A DNA stretch of 64,000 bases from Thermotogota bacterium (lineage in GTDB: Bacteria > Thermotogota > Thermotogae > MWEM01): NCBI GenBank assembly GCA_035447925.1, contig DAOTHY010000001.1, positions 108,300 through 172,299 of the forward strand, read 5' to 3'. Below are positions 17,380 through 27,855 of the stretch, piece after piece; the stretch's first letter is position 1, and every line of letters starts with the position of its first letter. The position numbers and the translations under genes are program-made. The notes under the pieces were generated by a model, which saw only the letters and a list, made by a program, of their open reading frames with translations, was not told the origin of the DNA and did no database searches.

Positions 17380-18756
17380 TTAGCTCCCTCCGTTTTTTAA
17401 TTCACGAACAACCTTTTTGTTGTAGTTTTTGATTAATTCGATTTCGTCCACTGTTAATCCGTTTTTCCAGGAAAAACTAAGTATGGTATTGTTTAACATA
17501 AGTGGATCGAACCCGTTTGGTAATCGATCGTTTCCGAAAACTTTTCTAAAATCCACAGTACCCGGAATAGGAGTGTATTCGTTAATCTCCGGCATGATAT
17601 CTAATCCTTTACAGATATCATGGACTTCTATGGCTTCTTGAAGGCTTTGACCGGGAAGATTGATTAGAATAAATGCAGCAATTTCATTTTTTGTAAAACC
17701 AGTTTGCTTTAAAATATTCACAGCCCGGAAAAATTCTTTGTTTGTAACTTTGCCACCCGTAGAAGATTGCAGTTGAGGGTTTATTGTTTCCAAAGCTACT
17801 TTTATTGTTTTTACATTTGCCTTCATCATCAATTCAGCTGTATCTTGAGTAAGCAATTTGGCATGAATACCGTTCGGAATATGAATTATTATACCACGAT
17901 TGATGATATCTTTGTTGATCAGTAGTTGCAAGATTTTATCAAAATGGTTTTTGTGATTGATTAAAATCGCATCGTCAAAAAACGCAATGTTTTTTACATC
18001 GAACATGACAGAGTATCGGTCAATTGCTTCCACAATCTTTAGGGGATCTTCCTGAATGAAATCCTGTAAAAAAGGTGTTGCACAGTATGTACATCGATAC
18101 GGACAACCCAAAGAGGTTAAAAAAACCAAATGGCTCATAGGATGATCATACAAGTCATACAAAGGAATGAAGTCATGTCTTTTTTTGACTGTTTCACCAA
18201 TTTCGATGCCGTTCAAAGAAAGAAAATCGAGTACTTCGGACATTTTACTTTTTTTACAGACCAAATCCGCTCCTGAAAGATTTGAATGGTCTTGCATCAG
18301 ATTAGCGTAATTTCCTCCTAGAACAACGGTTGTATTTGGCATCATCTCCTTTACAGTTTTGATGGCTTCAAAAGGACCAGGATACCAATAGGTCATTGCG
18401 GAGGTAACAAAAACATAATCGGGATAGAATCCTGAGTTCTTGATTCGATTGAGTTTTTGCTCAAACAATTGTTTGGGTATTCCATATCTTTTAAAAAATC
18501 TTGGTACATGCGCTAATTGTGCTGGTTTTTTTACAACTTCGGAGAAAAATTTCCCAGTTCCATTCCATTTACTCTTAACCGGTTTTTCCATCAATGCGAC
18601 AAAATCAGGATCATAGCGATCAAGACAATCGATAAGTCTCAATTCGTGATTACTTTCGTGAAGCTTTCTTGCCAGCATTAACAATCCCAAAGGTTTTAGC
18701 CAATAATCATAGGAAGCGACATCATAAATCCATGGATTGATCAACAGTATTTTCAT
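17380..18756 (-). CDS. B12-binding domain radical SAM protein
   Basis: CxxxCxxC radical SAM cluster motif (LGCPYRCTYC) preceded by an N-terminal cobalamin-binding-like Rossmann region (MKILLINPW...). Confidence 0.7.
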   Translation of the reverse strand: MKILLINPWIYDVASYDYWLKPLGLLMLARKLHESNHELRLIDCLDRYDPDFVALMEKPVKSKWNGTGKFFSEVVKKPAQLAHVPRFFKRYGIPKQLFEQKLNRIKNSGFYPDYVFVTSAMTYWYPGPFEAIKTVKEMMPNTTVVLGGNYANLMQDHSNLSGADLVCKKSKMSEVLDFLSLNGIEIGETVKKRHDFIPLYDLYDHPMSHLVFLTSLGCPYRCTYCATPFLQDFIQEDPLKIVEAIDRYSVMFDVKNIAFFDDAILINHKNHFDKILQLLINKDIINRGIIIHIPNGIHAKLLTQDTAELMMKANVKTIKVALETINPQLQSSTGGKVTNKEFFRAVNILKQTGFTKNEIAAFILINLPGQSLQEAIEVHDICKGLDIMPEINEYTPIPGTVDFRKVFGNDRLPNGFDPLMLNNTILSFSWKNGLTVDEIELIKNYNKKVVRELKNGGS

Positions 18757-18771
18757 CAGAATTTTCGCCTA

Positions 18772-20163
18772 TCAGCTTGAGATAAAGTTTTTCTCCATGG
18801 AGAAAAATCCTACAACCGTTGGATCAAAGATCAAATTGATGCTTCCGACGGGACCGTTTCTTTGTTTGCCGATGATGATCTCTGCGGGATGTGGATGATT
18901 GAGCATTTGGACTTCTCCTACATCCTCCTCATCTTCAAATTTGGATCGCTTATAGTATGATTCTCTGTGAATGAATATCACTGTGTCGGCGTCCTGTTCG
19001 ATCGCCCCCGATTCTCTCAGATCTGACAATCTTGGCCTTTTGTCTTCCCGCTGCTCCACTGATCTGGAAAGTTGTGAGGCTGAGATCACAGCAATGTCCA
19101 TTTCACGTCCCAACACCTTTAGACTCCTTGAGATTTCTGATATTTCCTGTTGCCTGTTTTCTCTATTTCGACCGCTATTCATCAATTGCAGGTAGTCCAA
19201 TACGATGGCATCTAAACCATATTCCTTCTTAATTCTACGTACCTTGGTTCTAAGCCCTCTTGGATCGAGCATGGAATCGTCGTCAATGATAATGGATGCT
19301 TTCATGAACTTACTGGCTGCATCAGTTAATCTGTTCCATTCATCAGCAGAAATATCAGCTTTTCTAAGTTTTTCAAAATTAACCTTTGATTCAAGGCTCA
19401 GTAATCGTAGGGCAATTTGTTCGGATGACATTTCCAGACTGAATATCCCAACTTTATATCCGTAATCAACAGCCATATTGCGAGCAAGCTGTAAAGCTAA
19501 GGCAGATTTTCCCATAGAAGGTCTGGCTGCAACGATGACCAAATCTGAACGATGAAATCCAGTGGTCATTTCATCTAAGGCTTTAAATCCTGTAGCCAAT
19601 CCTGTAACCAGCAGAGAACCCTCCGGAGAATCGTGCCTTACTTTAATTTGATCCAATTTGTCAAAAGCATCATGAACGATTTTTCCAATGGGAGCGTAGG
19701 ATTTTTCGATATACCTTTCGCCAATGCTTAAAATGCTTCTTTCAGCTTGATCAAGAATATTGTCTACATCATCCAGACTGAAAGCACTCTCAACTATCTT
19801 ACTACCTGAATTAATCAGGTTTCTTAGGATGCTTTTTTCTCTTACTACCTTAGCATAATGTACTGCATGAGCTGAGGTGGGAACACTGTCAGCCAGTTGT
19901 GCGATAGATAATTCGCCCCCAACTGTTTCTATCTGCTTTTGCTTTCTCAAAAGATCAGAAACGGTTAACGGGTCAATAGCTTCTGCATCATCGTAAAGCA
20001 TTTCCATGCAGTTAAATATTAATTGGTTTGAATGATTGTAAAAATCTTCATGCCTAAGTATTTCAAATACATCTCCAGCCACTTCAGGATCGAGTAAAAT
20101 CGATCCGAGAACAGCCCTTTCCGCTTCTAAGTCATTTGGCGGGATCCTACTGATTTCTTGCAT
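18772..20163 (-). CDS. dnaB: Replicative DNA helicase DnaB
   Basis: DnaB N-terminal domain (DLEAERAVLGSILLDPE), Walker A (ARPSMGKSALAL) and RecA-like C-terminal motifs. 463 aa with no intein. Confidence 0.9.
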   Translation of the reverse strand: MQEISRIPPNDLEAERAVLGSILLDPEVAGDVFEILRHEDFYNHSNQLIFNCMEMLYDDAEAIDPLTVSDLLRKQKQIETVGGELSIAQLADSVPTSAHAVHYAKVVREKSILRNLINSGSKIVESAFSLDDVDNILDQAERSILSIGERYIEKSYAPIGKIVHDAFDKLDQIKVRHDSPEGSLLVTGLATGFKALDEMTTGFHRSDLVIVAARPSMGKSALALQLARNMAVDYGYKVGIFSLEMSSEQIALRLLSLESKVNFEKLRKADISADEWNRLTDAASKFMKASIIIDDDSMLDPRGLRTKVRRIKKEYGLDAIVLDYLQLMNSGRNRENRQQEISEISRSLKVLGREMDIAVISASQLSRSVEQREDKRPRLSDLRESGAIEQDADTVIFIHRESYYKRSKFEDEEDVGEVQMLNHPHPAEIIIGKQRNGPVGSINLIFDPTVVGFFSMEKNFISS

Positions 20164-20209
20164 ACCTTTTGATTCATCCTTTCAGTCTAAGTCCTTAAAA
20201 AAGCCCTTC

Positions 20210-21094
20210 TCAAACTTTTTGAGTATTTCTTTTTCTGCCATATTTTCTAATGACAATGAACAACATTATGCCAAAGGCAATTAATACCAGACTGATCACT
20301 TGGGCAGCCCTAAAATCTCCCCAGTAGAGACTGTCTAATCTCAAACCTTCTATGAAGAACCTCGCAATTGAATATGTGATCAAATACAGTGACAAGATCT
20401 CTCCGAAATTCTTTCGTTTATTTTTATAAAACCAAAATAAGAACACGAAGACACCTATATTCCAAATGGATTCATATAAAAAAGTCGGATGAAAGAATTC
20501 ATACGATTGATAACCAGGCATTCGATATTCGACGGGTACATACATTTTCCAAGGCAAATCAGTTGGAGAACCGTATGCTTCATGATTGCAAAAATTCCCC
20601 CAACGACCGATCGCTTGTGCCAAAGGCAGCAGTAAAGCGGCAATGTCAAAGCCTTGGAGAAAGGTAAATGTACATTTTTTTCTGAGTTTGGTATAGATAT
20701 AAACCCCCAGCATAGCACCAATAATACCACCATGAATTGCCATACCGCCTTGCCAAGTTTTGAATATATCCCAAAATGATCTTTGTGAGTAGATATGCCA
20801 CATCGAAAAAACATAATACAATCTTGCACCAATGATTCCCGTAATAACTCCCACGATAAGTGCTTCCGCTACATGTTCATCATCGATTCCTTCCTTAATT
20901 GCAAGCTTTCTGCCAATTAGATAGCTCATAATGATGCCTGTGGCGATGATCAAACCATACCAATGAATCTCAAATGGACCAGCGATAAAGATCACTGGGT
21001 CGATGAAGATTTCATTGGCAAAACTCGCTTTTAGGAAAAAAAATAATCCGATACAAGCCGCAAGAATTAAAACACCCACTGCTATCTTTTTCAA
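20210..21094 (-). CDS. lgt: Prolipoprotein diacylglyceryl transferase
   Basis: Multi-TM protein with the Lgt signature (IHWYGLIIATGI..., GRWGNFCNHEAYG). Confidence 0.85.
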   Translation of the reverse strand: MKKIAVGVLILAACIGLFFFLKASFANEIFIDPVIFIAGPFEIHWYGLIIATGIIMSYLIGRKLAIKEGIDDEHVAEALIVGVITGIIGARLYYVFSMWHIYSQRSFWDIFKTWQGGMAIHGGIIGAMLGVYIYTKLRKKCTFTFLQGFDIAALLLPLAQAIGRWGNFCNHEAYGSPTDLPWKMYVPVEYRMPGYQSYEFFHPTFLYESIWNIGVFVFLFWFYKNKRKNFGEILSLYLITYSIARFFIEGLRLDSLYWGDFRAAQVISLVLIAFGIMLFIVIRKYGRKRNTQKV

Positions 21095-21106
21095 AGTTCT
21101 TCCCCC

Positions 21107-22141
21107 TTAATTCTTTTGATTTTTTAGCTGACCGCAAGCCCCTGCAATATCTGTTCCTTTTTCATGTCTCACCACCGTTTCTATACCGCCTTGTTCTAAA
21201 CAAGCTTTAAAAGCAGCAACATGTTTGACACTTGGCCTTTCAAAGTCTGGATTGACAGGGTTTACGGGGATAAGGTTTACGTTGATCTTTAATTCTTTCA
21301 ATGCCTTCAATAATTGAGTGGCGTTTTCCATTGAATCATTGACACCTTTGATCAATAAATATTCAATAGTGACTCGTTTTCCTGTGTGTTCATTGTATTG
21401 TCTGATTGTATTGATCAGTTGCTCAAAGGGGTATTTTTTATTCACAGGCATGAGTTGATCTCTAATCTCGCTGTTTGGAGCATGCAGAGATATAGAGAGA
21501 ACGACTTCCGGAAAATCTTCTGACATTTTTAATATACCGGGAATAATCCCTGCAGTGGAAATTGAAATTCTTCTTTTTGATATATCAAAAGCCTCTTTGG
21601 AATGGAATATGTGAATGGCTTTTTTGACGTTGTCGTAGTTTAAAAAAGGTTCACCCATACCCATAAAAACAACATTTCCGATTCTTTCCCCATGCTCTGC
21701 GCTCATGGCCAAGATTTGAGAAGTGATTTCTGATACCTTTAAATTTCTTACGAATCCGCCTTTTCCTGTAGCACAGAAACTACAGTTCAGACTGCAACCA
21801 ACTTGAGTAGAAATGCATGCTGTAATTCTGTCTTTGTGAATCAGAAGGACGGATTCAATTTGCTCACCATCGTGTAAATCCCAAAGATATTTCTTTGTTT
21901 CGTCAACTGAAGATATCAACAGCTGATTTAATGTCGGTAATCCAATGGTGTATTCTTTGATCAGGCTTTCTCTGAAGTCTTTTGAAAGATTATGCATTTT
22001 TTCAAAACTGAACACATGCTTTTTATAAACCCAATCAAATACTTGTTGAGCTCTAAATGCCTTGATATCTCGTTGTTGAAAGTGTTCCTTTAATTGATTT
22101 AGTTCAAATTCAAGAATGTTTATCATTGATCGTCTCTCCAT
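21107..22141 (-). CDS. rlmN: 23S rRNA/tRNA (adenine-C2)-methyltransferase RlmN (radical SAM)
   Basis: CxxxCxxC motif (GCSLNCSFCATG), GMGEPFLN and the C-terminal catalytic Cys region. Confidence 0.85.
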   Translation of the reverse strand: MERRSMINILEFELNQLKEHFQQRDIKAFRAQQVFDWVYKKHVFSFEKMHNLSKDFRESLIKEYTIGLPTLNQLLISSVDETKKYLWDLHDGEQIESVLLIHKDRITACISTQVGCSLNCSFCATGKGGFVRNLKVSEITSQILAMSAEHGERIGNVVFMGMGEPFLNYDNVKKAIHIFHSKEAFDISKRRISISTAGIIPGILKMSEDFPEVVLSISLHAPNSEIRDQLMPVNKKYPFEQLINTIRQYNEHTGKRVTIEYLLIKGVNDSMENATQLLKALKELKINVNLIPVNPVNPDFERPSVKHVAAFKACLEQGGIETVVRHEKGTDIAGACGQLKNQKN

Positions 22142-22703
22142 TAATTAATATCCGATTGTAAGCAAATACCGTTTCTTTAAGCAAAAGATGTCCTTTTTGT
22201 AAGGCATATTTGATTTTCCCCTTTAAAACCAGAAAAAAAGCAGCATCTAAATCTTGAAGGGATAATTTTCTCAATTCATCTATTCCCGGATACACTCGAT
22301 TTTTCTCCAATGAATCGGCAACAAAGATGATTTTACCAATCTTCGAACCAAACTGATAACCACTTGTATGATAGTGAACAGCTTCAGCTATTTCATCGAT
22401 CCTTGATAATTCAGGATATCTTTTTTTTAAATCGTCAGCTGCCAATCTTCCATGCAGGAGTAAGGGATTTTTCAGTTCTTCATCGGACAAGTGCATTTGG
22501 TTTTCATTCGCTAAAACAAGTAGTTCATCTCGTTTCCGATTCCTAAAGGCATCATGATAGAGTGCCGCAATTTTTACCTGGAATTGTTCTTCGTTGTGTT
22601 TATCTGCCAACAAAACTGAATAATCCAAAACACCCATGGTATGCTGTAAGCGTTTTGGATTCAATTGGTTTTTTAGTCTTTTGGTTATTTCTTTAACGAT
22701 CAT
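22110..22703 (-). CDS. yqeK: HD-domain protein YqeK family (bis(5'-nucleosyl)-tetraphosphatase-like)
   Basis: HD motif (H...LYHD). I place the start at the internal ATG at 22703 (MIVKEITKRL), 8 nt after the upstream gene stop. The 266-aa ORF extension overlaps that upstream gene and is rejected. Confidence 0.65.
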   Translation of the reverse strand: MIVKEITKRLKNQLNPKRLQHTMGVLDYSVLLADKHNEEQFQVKIAALYHDAFRNRKRDELLVLANENQMHLSDEELKNPLLLHGRLAADDLKKRYPELSRIDEIAEAVHYHTSGYQFGSKIGKIIFVADSLEKNRVYPGIDELRKLSLQDLDAAFFLVLKGKIKYALQKGHLLLKETVFAYNRILINGETINDKHS

Positions 22704-23961
22704 ATCTGATTTCAAAAGTGATCTCCGCTTCCATATTCGAGTGTAAGATAAGAGGTATTTGCAACAGTGTTGCACTAGGTCTTTCAAAATCGTAAACATC
22801 CACCTCAACATCTGAATCTCTGGGTAAAGTAAAATTGAGCTGAATGGTTTTTTCTTCATCCGAGAAATTTTTTGTTGTAAACTTATAGGCTTCAAAATAG
22901 GTATTACCACTTCGATTGGATTGAATCAGTTCAACTTTTCCCTGCAAATCATATGCTTTTCCGAAACTGATTTCCAAAGCTTGCCCTTTATTTGAATTGC
23001 CTGTGGTGTTTTCTCCTAAAAATACAGTTTTTCCGTCAGTTTTGTTCTGTAGTCTAATCTTTCCAGCCATCAAATCTTGAGAAAGTTTAGATATTTTGAT
23101 GGTTTGATCTAAAGATTCGAAATCAGAATTATAATTGGAGTAATGTGTATTAAAAGTATAGATTGTTTCGTATGATTCTTTTGCAGAAAAAAACTGAATA
23201 TAATCTGCAGTAGATTTTGAAAAGCAGAATGTCCCAGGAATAGAATAAATCTTATAATCACTTATATTTTCTGCTGTGACGCCAATACTTGACATTTCGG
23301 AATCATACAGATAACTTCGTGCGGCTTTCATGGCATAATTTGATGAAACACGGTTGGGATCACCTGAAAAAATAAAGAGGTTGTCAGTTTGAATATCTTT
23401 TGTAGTCTGATTGTTGATAACAAGGGTTCCAAAAATGTCAACCTGATGATTAGTTTCATCTAAGTTCATGTTGTAGATGGTCTGATAGGATAAGTTTGTA
23501 AACATATAGGAAAAATCCACTTTATCGATATAATTTTTAAAATCAAGATCCAGATATTGATGTGGTTGTCTGATGTTAACTGTTTCAAAAACCGCTGTTC
23601 CTTCATTTGGAATAAAAACACCGTTATTATCTGACAGAAGAACTGGTTGATTCAAAAGTAGCGTAAATGGTTTGGTTGTTCCATCATTGAATCGCCATTT
23701 AATGGTTTGCCCTACAGATTCTCTTAACGCTTCGTCGTAGTTGAACGATTCAACGATCACATGTTGATAAGATTGAGGATAGGGATCGGAGGAGAATGAA
23801 TCGGATAGCCAGCTATCAGGAATTTCCAACTGATAGTTCTCGGATTGAACAGCCACAGTCCCCCCTTTTATTGCCAATGCATTGGGATAGATCATGAGAA
23901 ATTCATTCCCTAGCAGTGTTAATGATATTAGAAACATGATGCAAACAATCATTTTTTTCAT
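22693..23961 (-). CDS. Exported hypothetical protein (signal peptide)
   Basis: 422 aa with an N-terminal signal peptide (MKKMIVCIMFLISLTLLG). It is beta-rich and I recognise no family. Confidence 0.5.
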   Translation of the reverse strand: MKKMIVCIMFLISLTLLGNEFLMIYPNALAIKGGTVAVQSENYQLEIPDSWLSDSFSSDPYPQSYQHVIVESFNYDEALRESVGQTIKWRFNDGTTKPFTLLLNQPVLLSDNNGVFIPNEGTAVFETVNIRQPHQYLDLDFKNYIDKVDFSYMFTNLSYQTIYNMNLDETNHQVDIFGTLVINNQTTKDIQTDNLFIFSGDPNRVSSNYAMKAARSYLYDSEMSSIGVTAENISDYKIYSIPGTFCFSKSTADYIQFFSAKESYETIYTFNTHYSNYNSDFESLDQTIKISKLSQDLMAGKIRLQNKTDGKTVFLGENTTGNSNKGQALEISFGKAYDLQGKVELIQSNRSGNTYFEAYKFTTKNFSDEEKTIQLNFTLPRDSDVEVDVYDFERPSATLLQIPLILHSNMEAEITFEIRYDR

Positions 23962-23973
23962 TAGAATAGCCTC

Positions 23974-24531
23974 CTATTGCCATAGTTGTGTTTTACTTGT
24001 AGAGATGGCTTTTGCGCCACACTGAAATAGACGATTGGTTTCTTCTTTGGTTTCAATCAAACCGGCTGCAATCATATCTTCTGTTTTCAAACGATTGGCT
24101 TTAAGGTAATTGTATACCTTAGGGAAAGCGCTACCGGGAAGTATTTCCAAAAACATAGGATTGATATTTGTGATCATCTCATTAATTCTCAACAATGAAT
24201 TGCTATCTAGGGCAAAACTTCTAAGTACATTAGGAACACCATAACTGTTGGCTATTTCTATCATTTTGGGCTTTACTGTAATGATGCCATCCACTCCCTG
24301 TAAAGTAGCATATCGAAATGCGTATTCTCCATTTCCCAAGCCCTCACAAAAATCAATATCCAAAAAGACTTTAAACCCCTTTTTTTTAATAATTCTAATG
24401 TGATTTCCCAAATTAACCAGGTCTGAACTTAAAAGAAAAACAGTATCGCCGGTATAAAGATCGAGTTTATCGATTTCCTCTTTGGGGTTCCATAAGGCCG
24501 CAATAATCTTTGATAGTTGAAACGATTTCAT
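23974..24531 (-). CDS. glpP: GlpP-family protein (glycerol-3-phosphate responsive antiterminator-like)
   Basis: 185 aa, collinear with the GlpP family, including the C-terminal ILPG..P and AISTS.T.LW motifs. Confidence 0.6.
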   Translation of the reverse strand: MKSFQLSKIIAALWNPKEEIDKLDLYTGDTVFLLSSDLVNLGNHIRIIKKKGFKVFLDIDFCEGLGNGEYAFRYATLQGVDGIITVKPKMIEIANSYGVPNVLRSFALDSNSLLRINEMITNINPMFLEILPGSAFPKVYNYLKANRLKTEDMIAAGLIETKEETNRLFQCGAKAISTSKTQLWQ

Positions 24532-25424
24532 TCCAATGGCCTGCTTTGAACAAAAGATACAAATTTTGCAGCTAGGTCCGGATCGAACAGTTTTCCTTTA
24601 TCATTTGCGATATTTTCCAACGCTTCAGAGGGACTCATCACACCAATTGAAAATTCAGAATCGACAGTGTTGAGTGCGTTATCAAACCAGTTAATAATAG
24701 CCAATACTCTAACCCAATACGGAATTTCTTCGCCTTTAAGGCCATCCGGGAATCCTTTGCCATCATATCTTTCATGATGTCCCCTTACAAACGGAACAAA
24801 ATCGTTTAAAACCTCTAAAGTTGATATATAAACCGAACCTGTAATGGTATGATCCTGTCCTGTTTCTTCAAATGTCCTTAAACGGGTGGGTGAGTATAAC
24901 ATGAGTTGTTCCACTCCGATTCTACCCACATCATGAAGCATACCATAATGGATAAAGAGGTTTCTTTCCTGCTTGGCAGCTCCTAATTCTTTTGAAAATT
25001 GATCAAAGAGATTTGCCACACGTTGTGAATGGCTGTATCCTTTGGAATCTTCGACTTCCATTAAAACAATCAACGGCTCCAATACAGATATGATGCGTCT
25101 TCTCATTGAATAAGGAGAGCAAAAATCAAAATTGGCATTGATATGATGCTCCAAAAACCAATTGACTCCTAAGAAGATGTTTTTGTTGTTGATGGTATCT
25201 TCAAGAAAGAACTTCATTTCACCTTCAATAAAACCAAATATTCCCTTTCCTTCCAAAATCTGCAGATGGGTGCCACTTTTTTTAATATCATCTTGATCAC
25301 TTATCATTGCGTTAACAGGGTATGGAATATATTCCAAATAAACATCCAGCAACTCTTCGATTATTTTTCTGAAGATATCATTATCGATTTTTAGAAAATC
25401 ATAAGACTTCTTTTCTGCAATCAT
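24528..25424 (-). CDS. HD-GYP domain protein (predicted cyclic-di-GMP phosphodiesterase)
   Basis: HD motif (LHDVGRIGV) and HHERYDGKGFP (HHExxDGxGYP-like). Confidence 0.7.
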   Translation of the reverse strand: MIAEKKSYDFLKIDNDIFRKIIEELLDVYLEYIPYPVNAMISDQDDIKKSGTHLQILEGKGIFGFIEGEMKFFLEDTINNKNIFLGVNWFLEHHINANFDFCSPYSMRRRIISVLEPLIVLMEVEDSKGYSHSQRVANLFDQFSKELGAAKQERNLFIHYGMLHDVGRIGVEQLMLYSPTRLRTFEETGQDHTITGSVYISTLEVLNDFVPFVRGHHERYDGKGFPDGLKGEEIPYWVRVLAIINWFDNALNTVDSEFSIGVMSPSEALENIANDKGKLFDPDLAAKFVSFVQSRPLE

Positions 25425-25440
25425 ATTTTTTCCTCCATTG

Positions 25441-26124
25441 TTATCCGAAGATGCCGGATAGATTTATAAACAACGTGTTGAATCCTGAAATAATAGGGTT
25501 CATTATCGCTTGGACTACACCGGTCAGGATGAGTACCAACAACAACAGTATACCGTATACTTGATATTTCATGACTGTTTTCATATGTTTTGTTGTTATA
25601 AATACAGACCATAAAGCTGCAGCATCTAATGGCATGATCGGAATGAGATTAAATACTGCAATGACTAAATTTACTACCATAAATGAACCCAAAACATCAG
25701 ATAAATAGTTTATCATAAAAAAGGTGTTTTTTGGATTTTGATTTAAAAACCAGCTGTATTTATGGATACCGAAACCATAGAATACCAGAGCAGACAGAAT
25801 GGCTACAATGATACTTAATGCAGGTCCTGAAAATGCGAGAATGAATGTATCTTTATTTTTATTTTTCAATTTAAGTGTGTTTACCGGTATTCTTCTTGAC
25901 CAGCCAAAACTAAACAATATAAAGCACAATAATCCGATAGGGTCGATATGTTTTAACGGGTTTATTGTATATCTTTTCAATAACAGGGGGGTGTCATCTC
26001 CCATTTTCTTTGCCATAAAAGCATGACCAAACTCATGAATACCAAGTGCAAATAATATAGCTGGAGTTCGCACCAATATCTGCCTTAAAAAAACAGTCAA
26101 ATCAAATACTTCAAAAAAGATCAT
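25441..26124 (-). CDS. Site-2 protease family (M50) intramembrane zinc metalloprotease
   Basis: Multi-TM protein with HEFGHAF (HExxH) in the first TM region. The second zinc-ligand motif would be expected in a later TM segment. Confidence 0.7.
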   Translation of the reverse strand: MIFFEVFDLTVFLRQILVRTPAILFALGIHEFGHAFMAKKMGDDTPLLLKRYTINPLKHIDPIGLLCFILFSFGWSRRIPVNTLKLKNKNKDTFILAFSGPALSIIVAILSALVFYGFGIHKYSWFLNQNPKNTFFMINYLSDVLGSFMVVNLVIAVFNLIPIMPLDAAALWSVFITTKHMKTVMKYQVYGILLLLVLILTGVVQAIMNPIISGFNTLFINLSGIFG

Positions 26125-26133
26125 AAAAATCCT

Positions 26134-27393
26134 TCATTCATACAATCTGACGAATTTATCCATGAATTGTTTCTTGATTTCTTGCTCATCAATGGTTGGA
26201 TAGGTGCCAAAATGATAAATCAATTGGCCGTCTACCATTGTTGCCACAACATCTGACCCCCTGCCTGAATAGACGATGTTGGAAATAGGGTTCTTAAAAG
26301 GGATCAAATTGATATTTTCTGTATCAATAAAGATGATATCCGCTTTTTTCCCTTTTTCGATTATTCCGAGATTTTTGTGACCGAATGCTTTTGCTCCATT
26401 TACTGTTGCCATTTTGAAGGAAGTCAATGCTGGGATTACTTGCGGATCCTTTGTTTTTCCTTTGTGAATCAGTGATGCGACTAACATTTCCCTAAACAGG
26501 TCCAATGAGTTATTGCTGGAAACACTGTCAGTGCCCAGACACACGTTGATTCCCGCTTCAATCATTTTGTCTACAGGAGCTATACCATTGGCTAATTTTA
26601 AGTTGGAGATGGGATTATGAGCTACTGAAACATTAAATTCTTGTAAAACGTTTATATCTTCAGGACTTGCATATACACAATGTGCTGCAATTGTTTTTGT
26701 GTTAAATAAACCAATTTCAGCCAATTCCCTGAAAGTATATTGATCGCTTTCTCTTTGGCTTTCTTTTAGGTGTATGTGCATCAGGGCATTCAGCTGGGAC
26801 GTTACATCACTGACCTTTCTTAAATAGTTTTTTGAACACAAATAAGGCGAATGAGGTCCAAATCCGATGGAGATTCTGCCGTTAGAAGATCCGTGGTGTT
26901 TTTCATATGCGTCGATGTTTTTTTTAAGCCTTTGACCGTCATCCATGGCTTGATCCTGTAACCCTCTGCAGATGTAAGCACGCATCCCAAAATCACTAAC
27001 TGCACGGGTTATCGAATCCAATGACATATACATGTCCACGAAAGTTGTAATGCCGTTCCTTGCCATTTCCATTTGAGATATCATTGTAGAAAGATATATT
27101 AGTTCTTCATCTAAGCGATCTTCCAAGGGGACAATACGGTTAAAAAGCCATTCTTCAAACGGTAAATCATCACCTGCACCTTTTAACGCTGCCATCCCGG
27201 AGTGAGTATGTGAGTTGATCAGGCCCGGCAAAGCCAAGACTTTTTTGTTTTTCAAATCTATGGTTGATAAATCTTCTTCATTACAAAACCCTTCGCCAAT
27301 TTCTGAAATGATATCATCTTCTATGATCATGTAGCCGTTGTTGATGATTTTTTCGTTTTGTAAAATTTGTATCCCTTGAATGAGTTTTTTCAT
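26134..27393 (-). CDS. Amidohydrolase-family deaminase (MtaD/SAH deaminase-like)
   Basis: Metal-binding HxH motif (LINSHTHSGMAALKGAGDD). The length and the C-terminal HxxD are typical of the MtaD/guanine deaminase subfamily. Confidence 0.7.
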   Translation of the reverse strand: MKKLIQGIQILQNEKIINNGYMIIEDDIISEIGEGFCNEEDLSTIDLKNKKVLALPGLINSHTHSGMAALKGAGDDLPFEEWLFNRIVPLEDRLDEELIYLSTMISQMEMARNGITTFVDMYMSLDSITRAVSDFGMRAYICRGLQDQAMDDGQRLKKNIDAYEKHHGSSNGRISIGFGPHSPYLCSKNYLRKVSDVTSQLNALMHIHLKESQRESDQYTFRELAEIGLFNTKTIAAHCVYASPEDINVLQEFNVSVAHNPISNLKLANGIAPVDKMIEAGINVCLGTDSVSSNNSLDLFREMLVASLIHKGKTKDPQVIPALTSFKMATVNGAKAFGHKNLGIIEKGKKADIIFIDTENINLIPFKNPISNIVYSGRGSDVVATMVDGQLIYHFGTYPTIDEQEIKKQFMDKFVRLYE

Positions 27394-27396
27394 GAT

Positions 27397-27744
27397 TCAT
27401 CCCCTTTTTGAAAAGCGGTTGTTTTGTTCATATTCATTTTTGGATTTGAAATAACCGTTTTTTACGGCTCTTTTTCCTACTGATACCTGATCGATGGAGT
27501 GTTTCGTTTGATGAGTTAGGTTTTTAAGCATTTCTAGCATTTCGGACTCTAGTTTTTCTACTCGACGAAGCACTGATCGTTCAGCTTCACGATCGGTGCT
27601 TTTGGCATGAGCCAATGAAGTTATCATTTCACTTCTTATATCTAGATTAGAGGCCAATAATTCATATTTTCCCGTCTTTATGAGTTCCATTATTTTTTTT
27701 GAGATGTTTTCGATCTCAGTCATAACTTCCAAAGCTGATTTCAT
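27397..27744 (-). CDS. Hypothetical coiled-coil protein
   Basis: 115 aa, helical and charged. Its ATG overlaps the downstream gene and there is no recognisable motif. Confidence 0.4.
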   Translation of the reverse strand: MKSALEVMTEIENISKKIMELIKTGKYELLASNLDIRSEMITSLAHAKSTDREAERSVLRRVEKLESEMLEMLKNLTHQTKHSIDQVSVGKRAVKNGYFKSKNEYEQNNRFSKRG

Positions 27745-27855
27745 GCACCATCACCCTTACATCAATGCTTTTGTGTATTATAACATTTAATCACCATAAT
27801 CAATGTAAGAAGTTGTTAAGATGTGGTAGAATAAACGAAAATTATTGGAGGTGTT

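Noticed and set aside
22704-22910. N-terminal extension of YqeK-like ORF (266 aa)
   Set aside because: It overlaps the upstream exported-protein gene. The internal ATG at 22703 gives a typical ~197-aa YqeK.
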